A stretch of 64,000 nt of DNA, taken from the NCBI GenBank assembly GCA_965240325.2, contig OZ251251.1:682001-746000 (forward strand), read 5' to 3'. Source of the DNA: Rebecca billardiae RCC1528. Its lineage: Eukaryota; Protista; Haptophyta. Each line of letters starts with the position of its first letter. The stretch's first letter is position 1. The notes beneath the pieces were generated by a model. The model searched no databases. It was not told the origin of the DNA and worked only from the letters and a program-made list of their open reading frames with translations. Positions 35,320 through 49,005 of the stretch are shown piece after piece. The translations under genes were made by a program, and so were the position numbers.

Positions 35320-36149
35320 ATCAGGCATGGAGGCTGCGCGCGTGCGGTCGGGCTGCCGTCGGCGTGAGTGGTAGGCTCGGCTCCTCCCGTGCCGCGAGCC
35401 GGTCGCGGATCTCGTCGTACAGCGCAGCGTCGATCTCGACGAAAAGGGCGCGCGCGAAGCCGAGGTGGTCGCGCTCGCCTCCGGCGGCAGCGGCCTGCAC
35501 GTCCGGCAGCTCCTCCCGCTGATGACACGCGCGACGCCTGTCTGCTGAAGCGCTGGTGCGCGGCTGCGAGCGCGCTTTGCGCGGTGATGCGGCTCTCCAC
35601 GAGGAGCTTGAAGACCTGCGAGGCGCGCTCGCGCAGAAACCTCGTCACAGCCGCGCTCGCGAGCAGCGATGGCTTCCAGCTCTCCGGATCGGTGAAGAGA
35701 GCGACCACCTCGTCCCGCGCCGTGCGCTCGATGGCGGCGGCGGGAAGCGTGCTCAGATCGGCGCGGCTGGCGAGCTGCCGCACGTGCTCGTCGGGCTCGA
35801 GATACTCGACCGCCACCTCTGCCCCTCCCGCTGCCACCGTCTGGGCGCAAGCCGCCACGCGCCGCTGCGGATGGCGGGAGTATGGGCGGGCCGAGGGCGC
35901 GAGCGGGTGGGGCAGGGTTTCGTCGTTCGGAGACGATCGCCGCGTGGAATGGGAGGTGTGGTGGTGCCATGCACGCACGCGCGCCGCCACTCGGCAGCGC
36001 GCCGCGCGCCGCGCACCGGCCGCGCGTGCGAGCGCTTAGGCGCTGCGCCGCACGGAGCACGCGGCAAACGGCTACGTACCTGTGGAGGAGTCGCCGGTGG
36101 TGGGCGCGGCAGCGGTAGCCGTAGACAGAGCTTGGTTGGGTGACCGCAT
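35320..36149 (-). CDS. Hypothetical spliced protein
   Basis: Coding-like blocks (VEYLEPDEHVRQL...FKLLVESRIT; HLGFARALFVEIDAALYDEIRD) separated by GT-AG segments; both ends uncertain. Confidence 0.45.
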
Positions 36150-36492
36150 CGCCGCTACGGCTCGCCCGGGGCCGTGCGTCCAGCAGCTCGCCCACTGGTG
36201 GCGGGGGTCGTTCTCGCGCGCCCGGGCGCGAGCGGCTCGGCGGCGCCCGAGCCGAGGGCCCGAGGGCGGCTCGCCGCTAGGCCGGGACTCGGCGGGATGG
36301 CGATGGGCCGTCGGACCGTTCGCGAGGCCGGCTCCCGCCGTCCCGTTGCGGAATAATCTGGATGCTACTTCTTATATCGTCTGCTTATCGATCAGCAGCG
36401 AGAGTCCGGAGCGCCCGGAGCCAGTGCTCAAAACAGTCAACTCAGCGTTCGATCTCCGTATATATATATATTGTAACTCTGAACCACGGCGG

Positions 36493-37437
36493 TCACTTGA
36501 GCTCCAGCTTGGCCGTCGCCATCAGCGTCGGCCAGTGCGGCACCGAGTACGCGTCGGTGGGCGCGGGGAGCAGGTGCCCCAGCGCGCCCGACGCCTCAGC
36601 GCCCTCGTGCGAGCCCTCGCCTAGCAGCAGCGCGCCCGCCAGCTCGTCGAAGCGCGGCGCGAGCACCGCGCACGGCGCCCCCGCGCCGATGATGACTCGC
36701 GCCGCCGTGTCGTCGGCCGCGTCGCCACCGCGCGCGGGCGGCACGGCGATCGGCAGGTCGAGGAGCAGCGCGCTGGGCAGGCGCGCGCGCAGCGCGTCCT
36801 CCGCCGACGGCCCGAACGGCCGGTGCTCGCTGCCGCAGCCCGAGCACGTGAACGTCGCCATGTTGTGCACGACCGCGCCCACCGCAATATTCAATTTCTC
36901 GAGCATCTCGATGCCCTTGACGACGTCCGCGAGCGCGAGCGCGTGCGGCGTCGAGACGACGACGGCGGCGTCGATGGGGAGCGACGAGGCGAGCGCGAGG
37001 GGCACCTCGCCCGTGCCCGGCGGCATGTCGATCAGCAGCGCGTCCAGCTGCCCCCAGCGCGTGTGGTTGGCCATCTGCGTCGCGAGCTCGGCGATCAGCG
37101 GCCCGCGCAGCACGATCGAGCCGTCGCCGAGGCGCCTGCGCCACATGCGCGCGACGTACGCGAAGGACTGGCACACGATACCCTCGTCCGACGTCCACGG
37201 CGAGACCTGCCGCCCGTTCGCGCTCAGCTCGGGCTCGCCGTCCGGCATGCCGCCGAGCAGCGTCGGCAGCGACGGGCCGTGCAGGTCGGCGTCGAGGACG
37301 CCGACGCGCGCGCCCGCGCGGCGCATGGCCTGCGCGAGGCCCGCGGCGATGGTCGACTTGCCCACGCCACCCTTCGCCGAGTGCACGGCGATGATGCGCC
37401 CCACGCGCCCCGAGATCGCCGTGGCCGCGCCCGACAT
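36493..37437 (-). CDS. Mrp/NBP35-family Fe-S cluster carrier ATPase
   Basis: AKGGVGKST, DADLHGPS, LRGP, WGQLDALLIDMPPGTG, STPH, HNMATFTCSGC. Confidence 0.92.
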   Translation of the reverse strand: MSGAATAISGRVGRIIAVHSAKGGVGKSTIAAGLAQAMRRAGARVGVLDADLHGPSLPTLLGGMPDGEPELSANGRQVSPWTSDEGIVCQSFAYVARMWRRRLGDGSIVLRGPLIAELATQMANHTRWGQLDALLIDMPPGTGEVPLALASSLPIDAAVVVSTPHALALADVVKGIEMLEKLNIAVGAVVHNMATFTCSGCGSEHRPFGPSAEDALRARLPSALLLDLPIAVPPARGGDAADDTAARVIIGAGAPCAVLAPRFDELAGALLLGEGSHEGAEASGALGHLLPAPTDAYSVPHWPTLMATAKLELK

Positions 37438-37651
37438 GGTGCGCACACCGCCGCCGCTTGCGTCCGCCGAGTCCTTGTCCCGCTGCTGATTCGGCTTGCC
37501 GCTTGGCGCTTGCGGCACCTTTTCCGGTCGGCACTCTACTGTAGATCTGTAACTCGGCAGCCCTTCGTCGGCGGAGCTCGCCGGGGTTTGCCCTCGGCAC
37601 CGTCTTGCTGCAGCCGCCGCTCATCACACGCGGGCGGGCGGGCGGGCGGCG

Positions 37652-38777
37652 ATGGAGAAGCCGATCTCGTCGACGCGCCGAGGCCTGCGCTCTGCGCGCA
37701 GGCGGCGCGAAGAGCGCCTCTTCGGCCCGGACGTGTGCACCGCCTCCGCGGGCATGGGGCTCACCACCGTTCTCTTTGGAATCTTCTTTGCGATCGCGGT
37801 CGTCACGATGCCGGCCGCGGTCGTCGCGGTGGGCGCGCTGCTGTACGTGCTCACGGCGGCGCTGTGGCTGGCGACGGCGACGGTGCACCCGGGCATTGTG
37901 CCGCCGCACACGCTGCTCCCCGACGCCGAGAGCGCGCAGTACTCGCAGCTCGCGCGCACGATGGACGTGGGCGCGCGGGAGCTCCCCCTCCGGTGGTGCT
38001 ACCACTGCCGCGCGTTCCGCCCGCCGCGCGCGGTGCACTGCCCCGACTGCAACGTGTGCGTCACGCGGTGGGACCACCACTGCCCGTGGGTCGGCCAGTG
38101 CGTCGGCCAGCGCAACTACAAGTACTTCCTCGGCTACATCTGGCTACTCACATTACTCTCGCTCTATGTGGGTACATTCCTCGGTATCTACGCGTTCAGG
38201 CTGGTGGCTGAGTGGGACGTGGACGGCTTCACGCGCGTGCTCGGCGGCGGCGCAGCCGCCGTGCTGTACAACGGGATCGGCGTCATCGCTGTCGCCGTCG
38301 GCGTCGTCATCGGTGCGCGCCGCCGCGCCGCCGCGCCGCGCCGCTGCGGCCCTGGTCGACGCACCCGCCGCCGTCTGCTGCCGCCGCCCGTGCCGCCCCC
38401 CTCCACGACCCACCGCGACCCGCCCAGGCGTGGTGTGCGTGGGTCCACTGGCCTTCTTCCACGCCTCGCTCACGCTGGCCGACGCCACCACCTCGCAGCA
38501 GGACCGGACCGCGTACACCAGGTCCGGCGCGTGCGGCGGCGGCGCGGCCAACTGCCACGCGGTGCTGTGCGGCGCGCAGGCGCTACACGACGCGTGGTGC
38601 GCGGAGTGCGAGGCGGTGTTCGAGGAGGAGCGCGCGCGGCGCGCGGTGGCGGGCGCGGAGAGTGGCGGCGGGAGCGCGAGCGGGCAGCACACCTCGGCCA
38701 TCGAGCTACAGCCGCAGCGCAGCGCAGGCAGCAGCCAACACCGACAGATCTTTGGCGCAAGCGTGAGTGTCGGCTGA
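37652..38777 (+). CDS. DHHC palmitoyltransferase (intron ~38313-38427)
   Basis: WCYHCRAFRPPRAVHCPDCNVCVTRWDHHCPWVGQCVGQRNYKYF plus TM helices. Confidence 0.95.
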
Positions 38778-39259
38778 GAGCGGGCCGGCCGCTCGCGTCT
38801 CCGGGACGGACGGACGGCTGTCGGGATGGTGGCTGCTGCACCTGCCCTCGCGCGGCACGGTTGGCGTGCAGTCGCCGCGACGACGATGCCGATTCGGGCT
38901 GCACCAGCGGCGTTGGACCCTACCGTCCTCCGCGAGCATGTACTCGCGCGCTGCTGACCCCAGGGTGCAGCCGGCCAGCGAGCCGCACTACCGCCTGCCC
39001 CTGGCTCGCTGACGCTGGTCTATTTTTATTGCATGATGCATGTCGTACATATTATATATATATATATATTCTTATTGGGCGGCGTCAGCGCCATCTAGTA
39101 GTAGTATGTTATTGTATTATTGTTATATTCGCCGCCCGCATATTATTATGAATATTATTATAAATATACTTATTATATATATCAGATATCATATTCGCGC
39201 GCATCATCATACTTCAGGGCTCACCGTTCACGTCGATATCACTGCTTCATCGTCGTGAT

Positions 39260-39451
<192 letters not shown>

Positions 39452-39733
39452 GATGGATGTGACAATAATGACGACGAGCTGACGAGTCACGAGACACGAG
39501 TAGACGGAGTAGCAGTAGCACTGCGCGACTGCTCGTCGCGCGACTGTGACTGTGAGTCAGCAGCAGCAGATGATTCAGAAGCCTTCTTGCGGAGAAGCCG
39601 CCCGCTGCGTCTGCCTGCGAGCGTCGTCGCCGACGACTGGCGCATCAGGAACGAGTCCCGTGGAGCAGCAGGCCGCTCGGTCCGCTCGTCCCGCGCTCCG
39701 ACCCGGTGCGCTCGTAACGCACTGCGCGGACGA

Positions 39734-42723
39734 CTACCCGCTGCCCGACGATGCGGGCCCGCGCTGGGCTGCGGTCGATGGCGACGGGTCCGACGAGTGC
39801 GACGGCACCTCCGACGAGGCGCCGCCCTCGGAGCTGTCGGCGTCGCCCTCGTCCTCGTCGCCCTCGTGGACGAGGGACGTGCGCCGGCGGCCGCTCTTGG
39901 AGGAGCGGCCGCCGCCGCCGCCGGACGGCGTGCCGATGCCGCCGGCTTTGAAGCTGCTGTTGGCGCTCGCCTGCTGGCTGCCGTGCGCGCTGACTGGCAC
40001 CATGAACGAGCGCAGCACGCGGCAGATGTACTCGGTGCCGGACGAGTCCTTGTCGATGCACGCGGTCAGCCCAGCCGCCTCGAACTCGGAGCGGTCGGGC
40101 GAGCCGATCGGGTCGCCCGTCATGCCGATGATCATGCCATCGTACCCTTTTGCGCGCAGCAGCCGCACGGCCGTCGCGCCGTTCATCCGCGGCATCTGGT
40201 TGTCCACCAGCAGCAGGTCGTACGGCGGCAGCCCGGCCAGGTGCCGCTCGTTCACCATCTCGATCGCGCGCTCCCCGTTCCCGGCGGTCTGCCACGGCGC
40301 GCCGACTGTCTGGAAGGTGGTGAGTGGCAGCGTCATCTGGAGGAACGCGTCGTCCTGCGAGCGCCGCGAGCGCGCGGCGCGGCGCGGCGCGCGCGCGGCG
40401 AGAGGGTGAGCGTGCGCGGCGCATGCCCCATCGCGGCCCGCACCACGGTGGTCACGGCGTCCGCGCGGCGCGGCTGGGCGGCGCGCGGCGCGTGCGCACC
40501 TCGACGTGCAGGCAGCAGAAGTTGTGCGGGATGGCGACAGGCGTCTGCGCGGCGGCTGGGTCGCGCGCTGCGTGCTGCCGCCAGCGCTCCTCCTCGTCGC
40601 CCGAGTCGCCCGGCACCGCCGCGTCGGACGACGAGCCGTCGCCCCGCTCCACGAGCTCGGCGAGCCGGTCGCCGAGGTTGGACTTGGCGGCGGAGGAGTT
40701 GGAGTTGCTGCCGCGCTCGCGGTTCATGTCTTGCCGCTGCCGGCCGCGCGTGAGCTGCGCATCCACGGCGTGCGAGGGCACTGGCAGCGCGGACGGCTGC
40801 AGGTAGAGCCGCATCTCGAACGTGGAGCCCATACCCTCGCCCGGCGAGGAGAGGGCGAGCTCCGACATGTCGTGCAGCCGAAGGATCTGCACGGCCGGGG
40901 GGTGAGCCGACGCGGCGGCGGTCAGCCGGCAGGCAGGCGGATGGGTGGGGGCGAGGGCGGGCTGCGCGCACGCACGTGTGCTCGGGGCGCGCGGCGAGCG
41001 GCGCGCGGGCGCGCGCGCGCACCGACTTGGAGATGCTCAGCCCGAGCCCCGTGCCGCCGCGCCCCTGCAGCTGCCCGATCCCCACCTGCGTGAAGCACTC
41101 GCCGCTGTTGAGCTGCTCCACCTGCTCGTCCGAGAGTCCGGTGCCCGTGTCGACGACCGCGACGTGCACGAGGACGAGGCCATCGTCTTGCTGGCGCTCC
41201 TCGTCGGTGCCGAGCCAGCAGCGCAGGTAGACGGCGCCGCCGCGGTCGGTGAACTTGAGCGCGTTGCTCATCCCGTTGTTCAGGCACTGCAGCAGCCGCC
41301 ACTTGTCGCCGCTCCACACGCTCAGCCCGAGCTGCTCGTCCACCGCCGCGCGCACCAGCGCCACGCCCTTCTCCGCCGCCAGTCCCTCAAACGTCGCGTG
41401 AGACTCGTGGAGCAGCCGCTCGAGCGTGAAGGGCTGGCGCACGAGGACGAGCCGGCCGCTGTCGATGCGCTCAAAGTCGAGGATGTCCGACACGATGTTC
41501 TCCATCAGCGCGCAGCACGTGTCGAGCACGTCGAGCAGCTTGTCCGCCTCCATGTGCGCCGCGCCCGCGCCGCCCGCGCCGCCCGCGCCGCCCGCGCCCG
41601 CGCCGCCCGCCGGGGTGCGCGGCGTGGCGCCGCCGCAGCACTCGTTGGCGCGCAGCAGCTTGGTCACGTTGAGCACGGAGAGCAGCGGGCTGCGCAGGTC
41701 GTGCATCACCACGCGGATCAGCCGCGCGCGCGCCAGCTTGCCCTCCTCGGCGCGCGCCGCCTGCGCGGCGAGCTTCTCGCGCGCGCTCAGCGCGTGCAGC
41801 CGCGCGGAGCGCGCGTGCTCGAAGCGGCGGTGCACGCGCTTGCGCTCGCGCTGCGCGAGGCAGACGGTGCGGCGGAAGGCCCACTCGCCGCGCGCCGTCT
41901 TCGACAGGTTGTACCGGCAGATCGTCGTCGCGAAGCCGAGCATCAGCAGCGCGCCCAGGTTGTACGGGCACCAGCCGACCGCGTCGGGGAGATAGAAGTC
42001 GAGCGTCGCGCCGACGCTGATCGAGGTGGCGCAGACGATGCAGAAGGCGGGGACGGTGAGCGGCACGTACGCGCTGGCCAGCGCGACGAACGCGCCGAGG
42101 CGCAGCATCAGCGCCGTGTTCGTCGTGCACGCCGAGCTCGGCGTGAGCAGCTGGTGGAATCGGAAGAAGATTGCGAGCGCGACGAGCGTGCCGACCGCAA
42201 ACGTCTCCATCATCTGGAGCGGCACGTTGCAGAAGGCCTCGGAGCGGAAGAAGGCGCCGATCTGGACGAGCACGCCCACTACCAGCGCGTTCGCGCTCCA
42301 GCCGTGCCGCTCGATCGAGAGCTCGGGCCCGAGGCTTCGCTTTGCGAGCGCGACAAACGAAAGGCAGTTGAACACCGCCATCACAAAGAGGACGTTGGAC
42401 ATGCACCTGCCGAGGGCGGGGTAGAGCACGTCCATGCGGAACGCGAGCTCCACGTCCGGATCGGCGAACGAGCCGCGCCACGTCCGGCGCAGCTCGGGCA
42501 GGTCCTCCACGTTGGTGTCAAAGTCGTGCGGCAGCGACATGTCGCGCGGGTTGGCGGCGCCCGCCACGCTGGACGTGCCCTCGATCTCGTCGGTGACCGC
42601 GGTAGTGTCGTCGCCCGTGAGCTCCGAGGAGCTCATCGTGCCCGAATCGGACATGAACTTCCCAGGCCCGGTGACCTGCATCTTCAGCACGGCGGCCACT
42701 GAGGCGAAGTCGTGTCGGCCCAT
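39734..42723 (-). CDS. Membrane-bound hybrid histidine kinase (HisKA-HATPase-receiver), spliced
   Basis: TM region; H-box VMHDLRSPL; N-box [11 protein letters not shown]; DTGTG; GGTGLGLSI; GSTF; receiver [14 protein letters not shown]...GMTGD. Confidence 0.93.
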
Positions 42724-43320
42724 GACACGAGGGGCAAGTGAGTTTTGCGTCAATCTCGCATGTGGGTATTTAATCTGCGCGGGCGCAGATTTGTTCTCAG
42801 GATCCAAGAGCCGTCAATGGTACCGATACGTGGAACGCTCCCGTACTTAGTGGAACGGGCTCCCATGCGTGAGGAGGCAAGCTTCTCGCCAGTCATCATC
42901 ACGCGTGTATGATAAGTATGGACGAGCCCGCCGCTCGCCAGTGCCGAGGAACTGCTTAAAGTAGTATTTGGGTTGGGAACTATCTACCAGTTTTGAGCTT
43001 GTGGGTGGGTACTCTACTCACTTGAAATGCCAATCTTCAATGTCAGTGAGTACAGCGACCGGTTCAGGGGGGGAGTGATATGATCATATGAATCTGACTG
43101 TGCACCCGCCCTCGCCCGGGGGGGGGGGTATTTATTATTCGTAGCGACTGGGCACTGGCGGGTCCTGCGCCCTCGTGCCTGTGTCTTTAAATCATAGAAT
43201 TGGTCCACTGCTTGTAAGTTAAAGTCGTCCCGGAGGTTCATCAACCTGCTTCATCCGGTCAGGGGAGAGAGGGAGAGGGATCAGGGGAGAGAGGGCGTCG
43301 TCGTCGCCCCGGGGTTGCGC

Positions 43321-45672
43321 TCACGCCTCGGCGGCGGCAGCGGACGGCACGGCGGCGCCGAGCTCGGCAATGGGCAGCTCTTGCTGCTCGCCACTCGCCA
43401 GCGTCTTCACCGAGCACGTGCCCTTCGCCGCCTCCGCCTCGCCGATCACCACCACCGCCGGCGCGCCCAGCCGCTCCGCCTGCTTGAACGCCCACTTCAT
43501 CTTCTTGGAGCCGTCGAGCACGAGGTCGGCGCGCCGGCCGGCCGCGCGGAGCGCGGCCGCGGCGCGCATGGCAGCCGGGAGCTGCGCGGCGCCGAGGGGG
43601 AAGACGAGCGCGTCGACGCGCGCCGCGCCCTCCGTGGCTGGCAGCAGAGACTGCGGAGCGTGCGGGGCGCGCGGCGGCCACGGGGCAGGCAGCTGGTGTG
43701 AGCACGCGCGCGCGCCCTGGCCGCAAGCCCAGCGTCAGGCGCGCGCGCGCGTGCACGCGGCCGGCGCGCCCGCTCGCCGCGCGGCCGCATCCATCGGCGG
43801 AGTGCGCGCCCGGCGAGCAAAGGCGCGCGCGCATCCCCGCGCACCCCGCGTGCTCCCTGCCCGCGCCCCGCGCCCCGTCCCGCCTCCCCGCCCTGCAAGC
43901 TTTCTTCGCCCGCTCTTTCTGCTCCGCTTTCGCTTCTCCTGCTTTGACCGAGAGCGAGCGTGCGCGCGACGCTCACACGCACGCACACGCGCACGCGCGC
44001 ACGCACGCACGCACACACACGCACACGCACCTTCTCCTTGAGCAGCTCGACGATGACGGCGTCGCCAAAGCCAAAGCCGACCGCCGGCATCGACTCGGTG
44101 CCCGCGCCGCCGAGCGCAGAGAGCAGCTCGTCGTAACGGCCGCCGCCAAAGATGGCGCGCAGCTGCGCGGCGCGCGCGCGCCGGGTCGCGCCGCGCACAC
44201 AGCCGGTCGCAGGCGTGAGCTGGCCACACCGCGCCGCGCGCCGCGCCGGCGGCCGGCAGCTCAGGGCGCGCGCCGGGGGCCGAGCCTCGGGCGCGGCGCG
44301 GTGTGGCGCGCGGCCGCGCACCTGCCCCTGCCGATCGAACCCCTCGAACACGATGCCCGTGTAGTACGCCAGGCCGCGCACAACGCTCAGGTCGAGAGCG
44401 AGCCACTCGGCGATGCCGAGCGCTTGCGCGTATTCAAAGAGAGTCCGGAGCTCCGTGACCGCCGCCGAGTCCGGGCCCAGGAGCGCCTCGAGCTCGGGCA
44501 GCGCGGTCACGCGCAGCAGCTCGAAGAGCCGGTCGCTCGCGCCGTCCGACAGCCCGACCTCCGCCAGCTGCTCGCGCACCGCCGGCTGCGGGCAGGCATC
44601 GCAAGAGCAGCCATCAGAATGGTGGTTGCAGCAGCCATCAGAATGGTGGTTGCAGCAGCCATCAGAATGGTGGTTGCGCGGAGGCGGAGGGCGCGGAGGC
44701 GGCGGCGCGGAGGCGGCGGCGCGGGCGGCGGAGGGCGGGCGCGGAGGCGGCGGCGCGGGCCCGCGCGGACATCAGGCGCGGCACAGAGCGCGCGCGCGCG
44801 TGGCGGCTTGGCCGGCCCGGCGGGGCGGCGCGCGGCGCGATGGCTGCCAGCTGGGCGTGCGTGCGCGTGCGTGCGCGTGCGTGCGCGTGCGTGCGCGCGC
44901 AGCCACCACGGGCAGGCGCGAGCGCGCCGCCGAGCGCACACGCGCGCGCACCGCCGCCGCGCGCACCTCGCCAATCTTGTCCAGCTTGTCGATGGCGACG
45001 CACGCGCGCGCAAAGAGGGCGTCGGGCACACCGAGGGCGGACATGGCCTCTGAGAGGCAGCGCCGGCTGGAGACGCGCACGCCTGCGCGCGCGCGGCGCG
45101 CAGCGGCGCGAAGCGGCGGGCGCGACGCGCGCGCAGCGGGGGCGCGCGTTGTCGCGCGCGCGCGCCGCCAGTGTGCGCGCTGGCGCCCCGCCAACGGCCG
45201 CCCGTGTGCGCACACGCCCGCGCGCGCACCCACGTCCTGAGCGCTTAGCCCGACGCGCTCGCAGAAGCCCACGGCCGCGGCCAGGAGCTCTGCCTCGGCC
45301 GTTACGGCCGTTACGCCCCAGATGTCCATATTCCACTGGTAGTGCTCGCGCCGCCGGCCGCGAGTCATGCGTTCGTACCGCCAGCACTGCGGGCGGCGGC
45401 GCGCAGCGCGGCGCAGCGCAGCGCGGCGCGCGCGGAGGGCAGTGAGCGCGCGTGGGCGCGTGCGCGCGGGCCACGGCGCGCGCGCACCGCACACGCCCTC
45501 GTCCGCGCGCGCGGGAGGGCGTGGCGGCACGCGCGGCGCGGAGCGCGATGCGCGCGCTGCGTGCGTGCCGTGCCGCGCGCGCGGGGGGGCGCGGCAGACA
45601 GAGAGCCGAGACAGGCCGGCAGGCAGGCAGACAGACAGGCAGACAGACAGACAGACAGATAGACAGACAGAC

Positions 45673-45712
<40 letters not shown>

Positions 45713-46604
45713 TGGCTGGGTGTGCGTGCTCACCTGCGGGATTGAGAACCACTTGAGCGGGAGCGGCAGGGCATTGCGCTGCGCCAGCACCATGCGCGCG
45801 AGCGACGGCGTCATCTCCGGCCGCAGCGACACGCGCCGGCCGCCCTGCCAGCCATCCGCCGCCCGCGGCGCGGCGCGACGGCGCGGCAGGCGCGTGTGTG
45901 TGAGCGCGGCGCGCGGGGCGCGCTCGCGCGCAGCGGGCGGTGCGCACGGCCACCGCCGCTCCAAGGCGCGCCCGGGGCCGCCCGGGCGGGAGCGGCTCGG
46001 CAGCGCGTGCCTCGCGTGCGGGCCAGCCGCACGAGCCCGCGCCATCGCGCCGGCGCGCGCGTGGGCACGCCGCGGGCCGGCGCAGAGGCGGCCGCGCTGG
46101 GACCGGACCGGCCGCGCCGTGCGGCGCACGCGGCGGGGTGGGCGCGGCGGCGCGCGCGCGGCGCACCTTGTCCTCGAAGGAGTAGAGCTGCTGCGTGACC
46201 TCCTCCCCCGCCTTGCGCACGTACAGCGCCTCGCTCTCCAGCACCGGCGAGTCGTACTCCTCGAAGCCGTGCGCGCCCGCGACCGCGCGCCAATGGTCAA
46301 ACAGCCACGAGCGCTGTCGCATCGCGTCGGGATAAAAGTCTCGCGTGCCGCGCGGCGGGGAGAGGTCGAGCGGCTCGGAGTAGGTCGCGGAGGCCTCGCC
46401 TCGCTTCGCGTCGTCCTGGACCACCGCCGCGCTCCCACGCCCGCCACCCCCGCCCTCAGCGGCCGACGCGGCTGCGCGCGCGCGCGCGCGGCCCGCGCGC
46501 AACACGCGCCCCGCGCCCGCGCCGGCGTGGCTGCGTGCGCCAGCCGCGTAGGCGGAGACGCGCCCGACGAGCATGATCGCAAGCGCGACGCGCGCCCCTT
46601 GCAT
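43321..46604 (-). CDS. hisS: Histidine--tRNA ligase, bacterial/organellar type, multi-intron
   Basis: [63 protein letters not shown], anticodon-binding C-terminus; hydrophobic N-terminal presequence. Confidence 0.93.
44607..44677. repeat. 24-bp tandem repeat x3 (GCAGCCATCAGAATGGTGGTTGCA), intronic
   Basis: Directly visible. Confidence 0.85.
45595..45712. repeat. (CAGA)n microsatellite, intronic
   Basis: Directly visible. Confidence 0.9.
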
Positions 46605-47733
46605 CACTCGCTCGCCGCCCGATCCGCGGCGGCCCGCTGATGCGCGCGTCGCAGCGCGCCTGCGCGAACACGCTCGAGGGCGCTCGCTGCGGCTGATGAC
46701 ACCCAGCAGCCGCGACGAGCGTCGAGCGACCGGATTCTTTCTCGTCCCTTCAAGCCATGGCGGGCGTGAATGCCCGTCCACCGGCGATCCAAGGCCCCAG
46801 CGCCACGGCCGGATCACCGGGGCGTGGCGTAGGCAGGTTGGTGCGGTCGTACGAGCGCATGGGCACGAGTGACAGATTCCTTTCCGACTTTTCGACCACT
46901 CTCACGTCCACGTCCACGTCCACGTCCTCGTGCGACCGGCGCGCGTGAGGCTGCGCATGGGAAGAACGGGCAGGTAGGGACCAGGATCACCCTTCTGACG
47001 GCCATGCCGACCTCTTTGGTATGCCTTGCGACGGTGCAGACCAGCCAATGTTCCGTCTGACCCAACACACCGTGTGTCTGACTATCAATGTTGACTGCGC
47101 AATAGTCGTGCGACCGCCGTCCGACACGGCTGCCATGCGAATACGTGCGCAGCGTGTGCGCGCCTATCACTCTGGTGAGGCGAGGCGATCATCGACCGAC
47201 ATGGCTAGCGAGCTGATCCGGCCTATCCACGCAGTGCTGAATATGGACGAATATAACCTGCTACTGTCAGACGGAGGGCCTGCCCTTTCTAGCAGCGCAG
47301 GCTCTCTGGCTCCATGAGTCAATTGCCAATGCCCGGCATGAGCATGTGCACCGCACCCCGCCGTACCGGCGCGTGCACAGCGCAACCCGCGTGCCCGAAC
47401 CGGAACACGGACATCTGCGGTCCTCGCCACTCGGCCTCCTGTGTCGTGCCTCATCAGGCGCTCGGATACGATCGACAGTACTGTATGGAGATAGAGTCGC
47501 AAACGCGCCGGCCCGGCCGCCCGGGGATCCGGATCGCAGACGACGTATAGTGACACGGTGCGACACATACGGACCAGGCCTACGCCATCGACACGTGCGT
47601 GCCCACGACCACGCCCGCGCGCACACGACACGTTCTTTCGCGGGCGGCGGGCGCGGGGCGGCCGCCGGCCGCCATGTTTGACATCGATCATTCTCGCAGT
47701 CCTGGTAACTCATGCATACCAGTATGGCTTATA

Positions 47734-48527
47734 TAGTCCCTCACAAGTTTAAGCCTCCCGACATTGTTCGCCATATCAGCGCAGCAAAGCAGCGGCGCGC
47801 CACCATACCAGGGGCGTACTTGGCCCACTCCACTGCCGTGCACATGAGGTGCGCCCGGACCCGATTGCTCGAGTCCTCGCAAATAGGCGTGGCTGTGCAT
47901 CCTGGGTTGACGTTTGGTACCCGGCGGCCGGCGAGCTCGACTGGCGGCGAGCAGACCTGCCTGCGTGCCGCCGGCTGTCGGCAGCCTCCGTGCGCTGAGC
48001 CGCGCGCCGCGCGGTGCGTGTGCGACGTAGCTCCGCCCACGCCACGCATGCACCCTCGCGCCGCGCCGCCAGCTTGGCGCTGCCGTCAGCCAGAGCCGAT
48101 CGAGTGCATGCCCGAGCCTGCTCCGAGAGCATCAATATGGGCTGCGTGTGGCTGCGCGTGCACTTTCGTCGCCTAATTTTGCCAGCGTCGAGTTGGCGCG
48201 TGGCACGCCCACCGTAGCAGCACGACTCCCGAATGCACAAAAGCCGGGGGTCAGCTGAATTAATGCAGCTCACACGACCGCGCTCCACGCCGAAAACCAG
48301 CCCGTAGCTGCCCGCCGGCTGGCTCGTGCATGCGCACCGACTGCCGGGCGCATCGACACCGTGGCGCACAGAGCGCGGGTGCCGCGGCCGGGTGGGTATG
48401 TACTGACGCGGCTGGGCCTGGTGCATGCGCGGGCGGATGGGCTCTGCCCGGGTCGGCGCGTAGCGGGCGTGCGGGCTGAGACAAAGTCGTGCCTGCTGCA
48501 GCCGGCAACTAAATTTGTGGGTCCCTA
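47734..48527 (+). repeat. Left 794-bp direct repeat
   Basis: TAGTCCCTCACAAG...TTTGTGGGTCCCTA recurs at offset +5623 with identical ORF translations. Confidence 0.95.
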
Positions 48528-49005
48528 AGTGAGCAGGTAGTAGAAAAGTCGGAACGAGGGCGAGGGCGACGGCGAGCGAGGCCGGCGTCGGTCCACATGG
48601 GTCGGGGATATTCCCGCCGTGCAGCGATCCCAGCGCGTCGTCCGCCTCCGGCGAGTTGGTGGGGCACAGGAGCCCACATCTTGCGCAGAGCAGCTGAGGT
48701 TAATCGGACGCTCCCGCGCGGCGGCGGGGCCGGCAGTTGGGGCCTCCACTGGGTTGGACTTGCGCCACGCCGCTTGTCATAGCTCGACGAGCTCAACCCG
48801 TGGCGCCGAGCTCGTGCCCAGCGCACATCCGCGAGGGCGTGCGGCCCCAGCGCACGCGGCGGCTGCGTCGATGGGGCGCTCGCCATGGACGGAACGAGTT
48901 CGAATAGAGGCCACACCGCTTCGTCAGCTGTAAGATCAACTTTGGGCGGCTCGGGACGTAACGTGCACTCATCTTCGGTCGTGGCCAAGCAGCCGGCGGC
49001 GGCTG

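Noticed and set aside
48509-48988. 159-aa antisense ORF divergent from the transposase
   Set aside because: Non-ATG start, no recognisable motif, and it runs into the direct repeat
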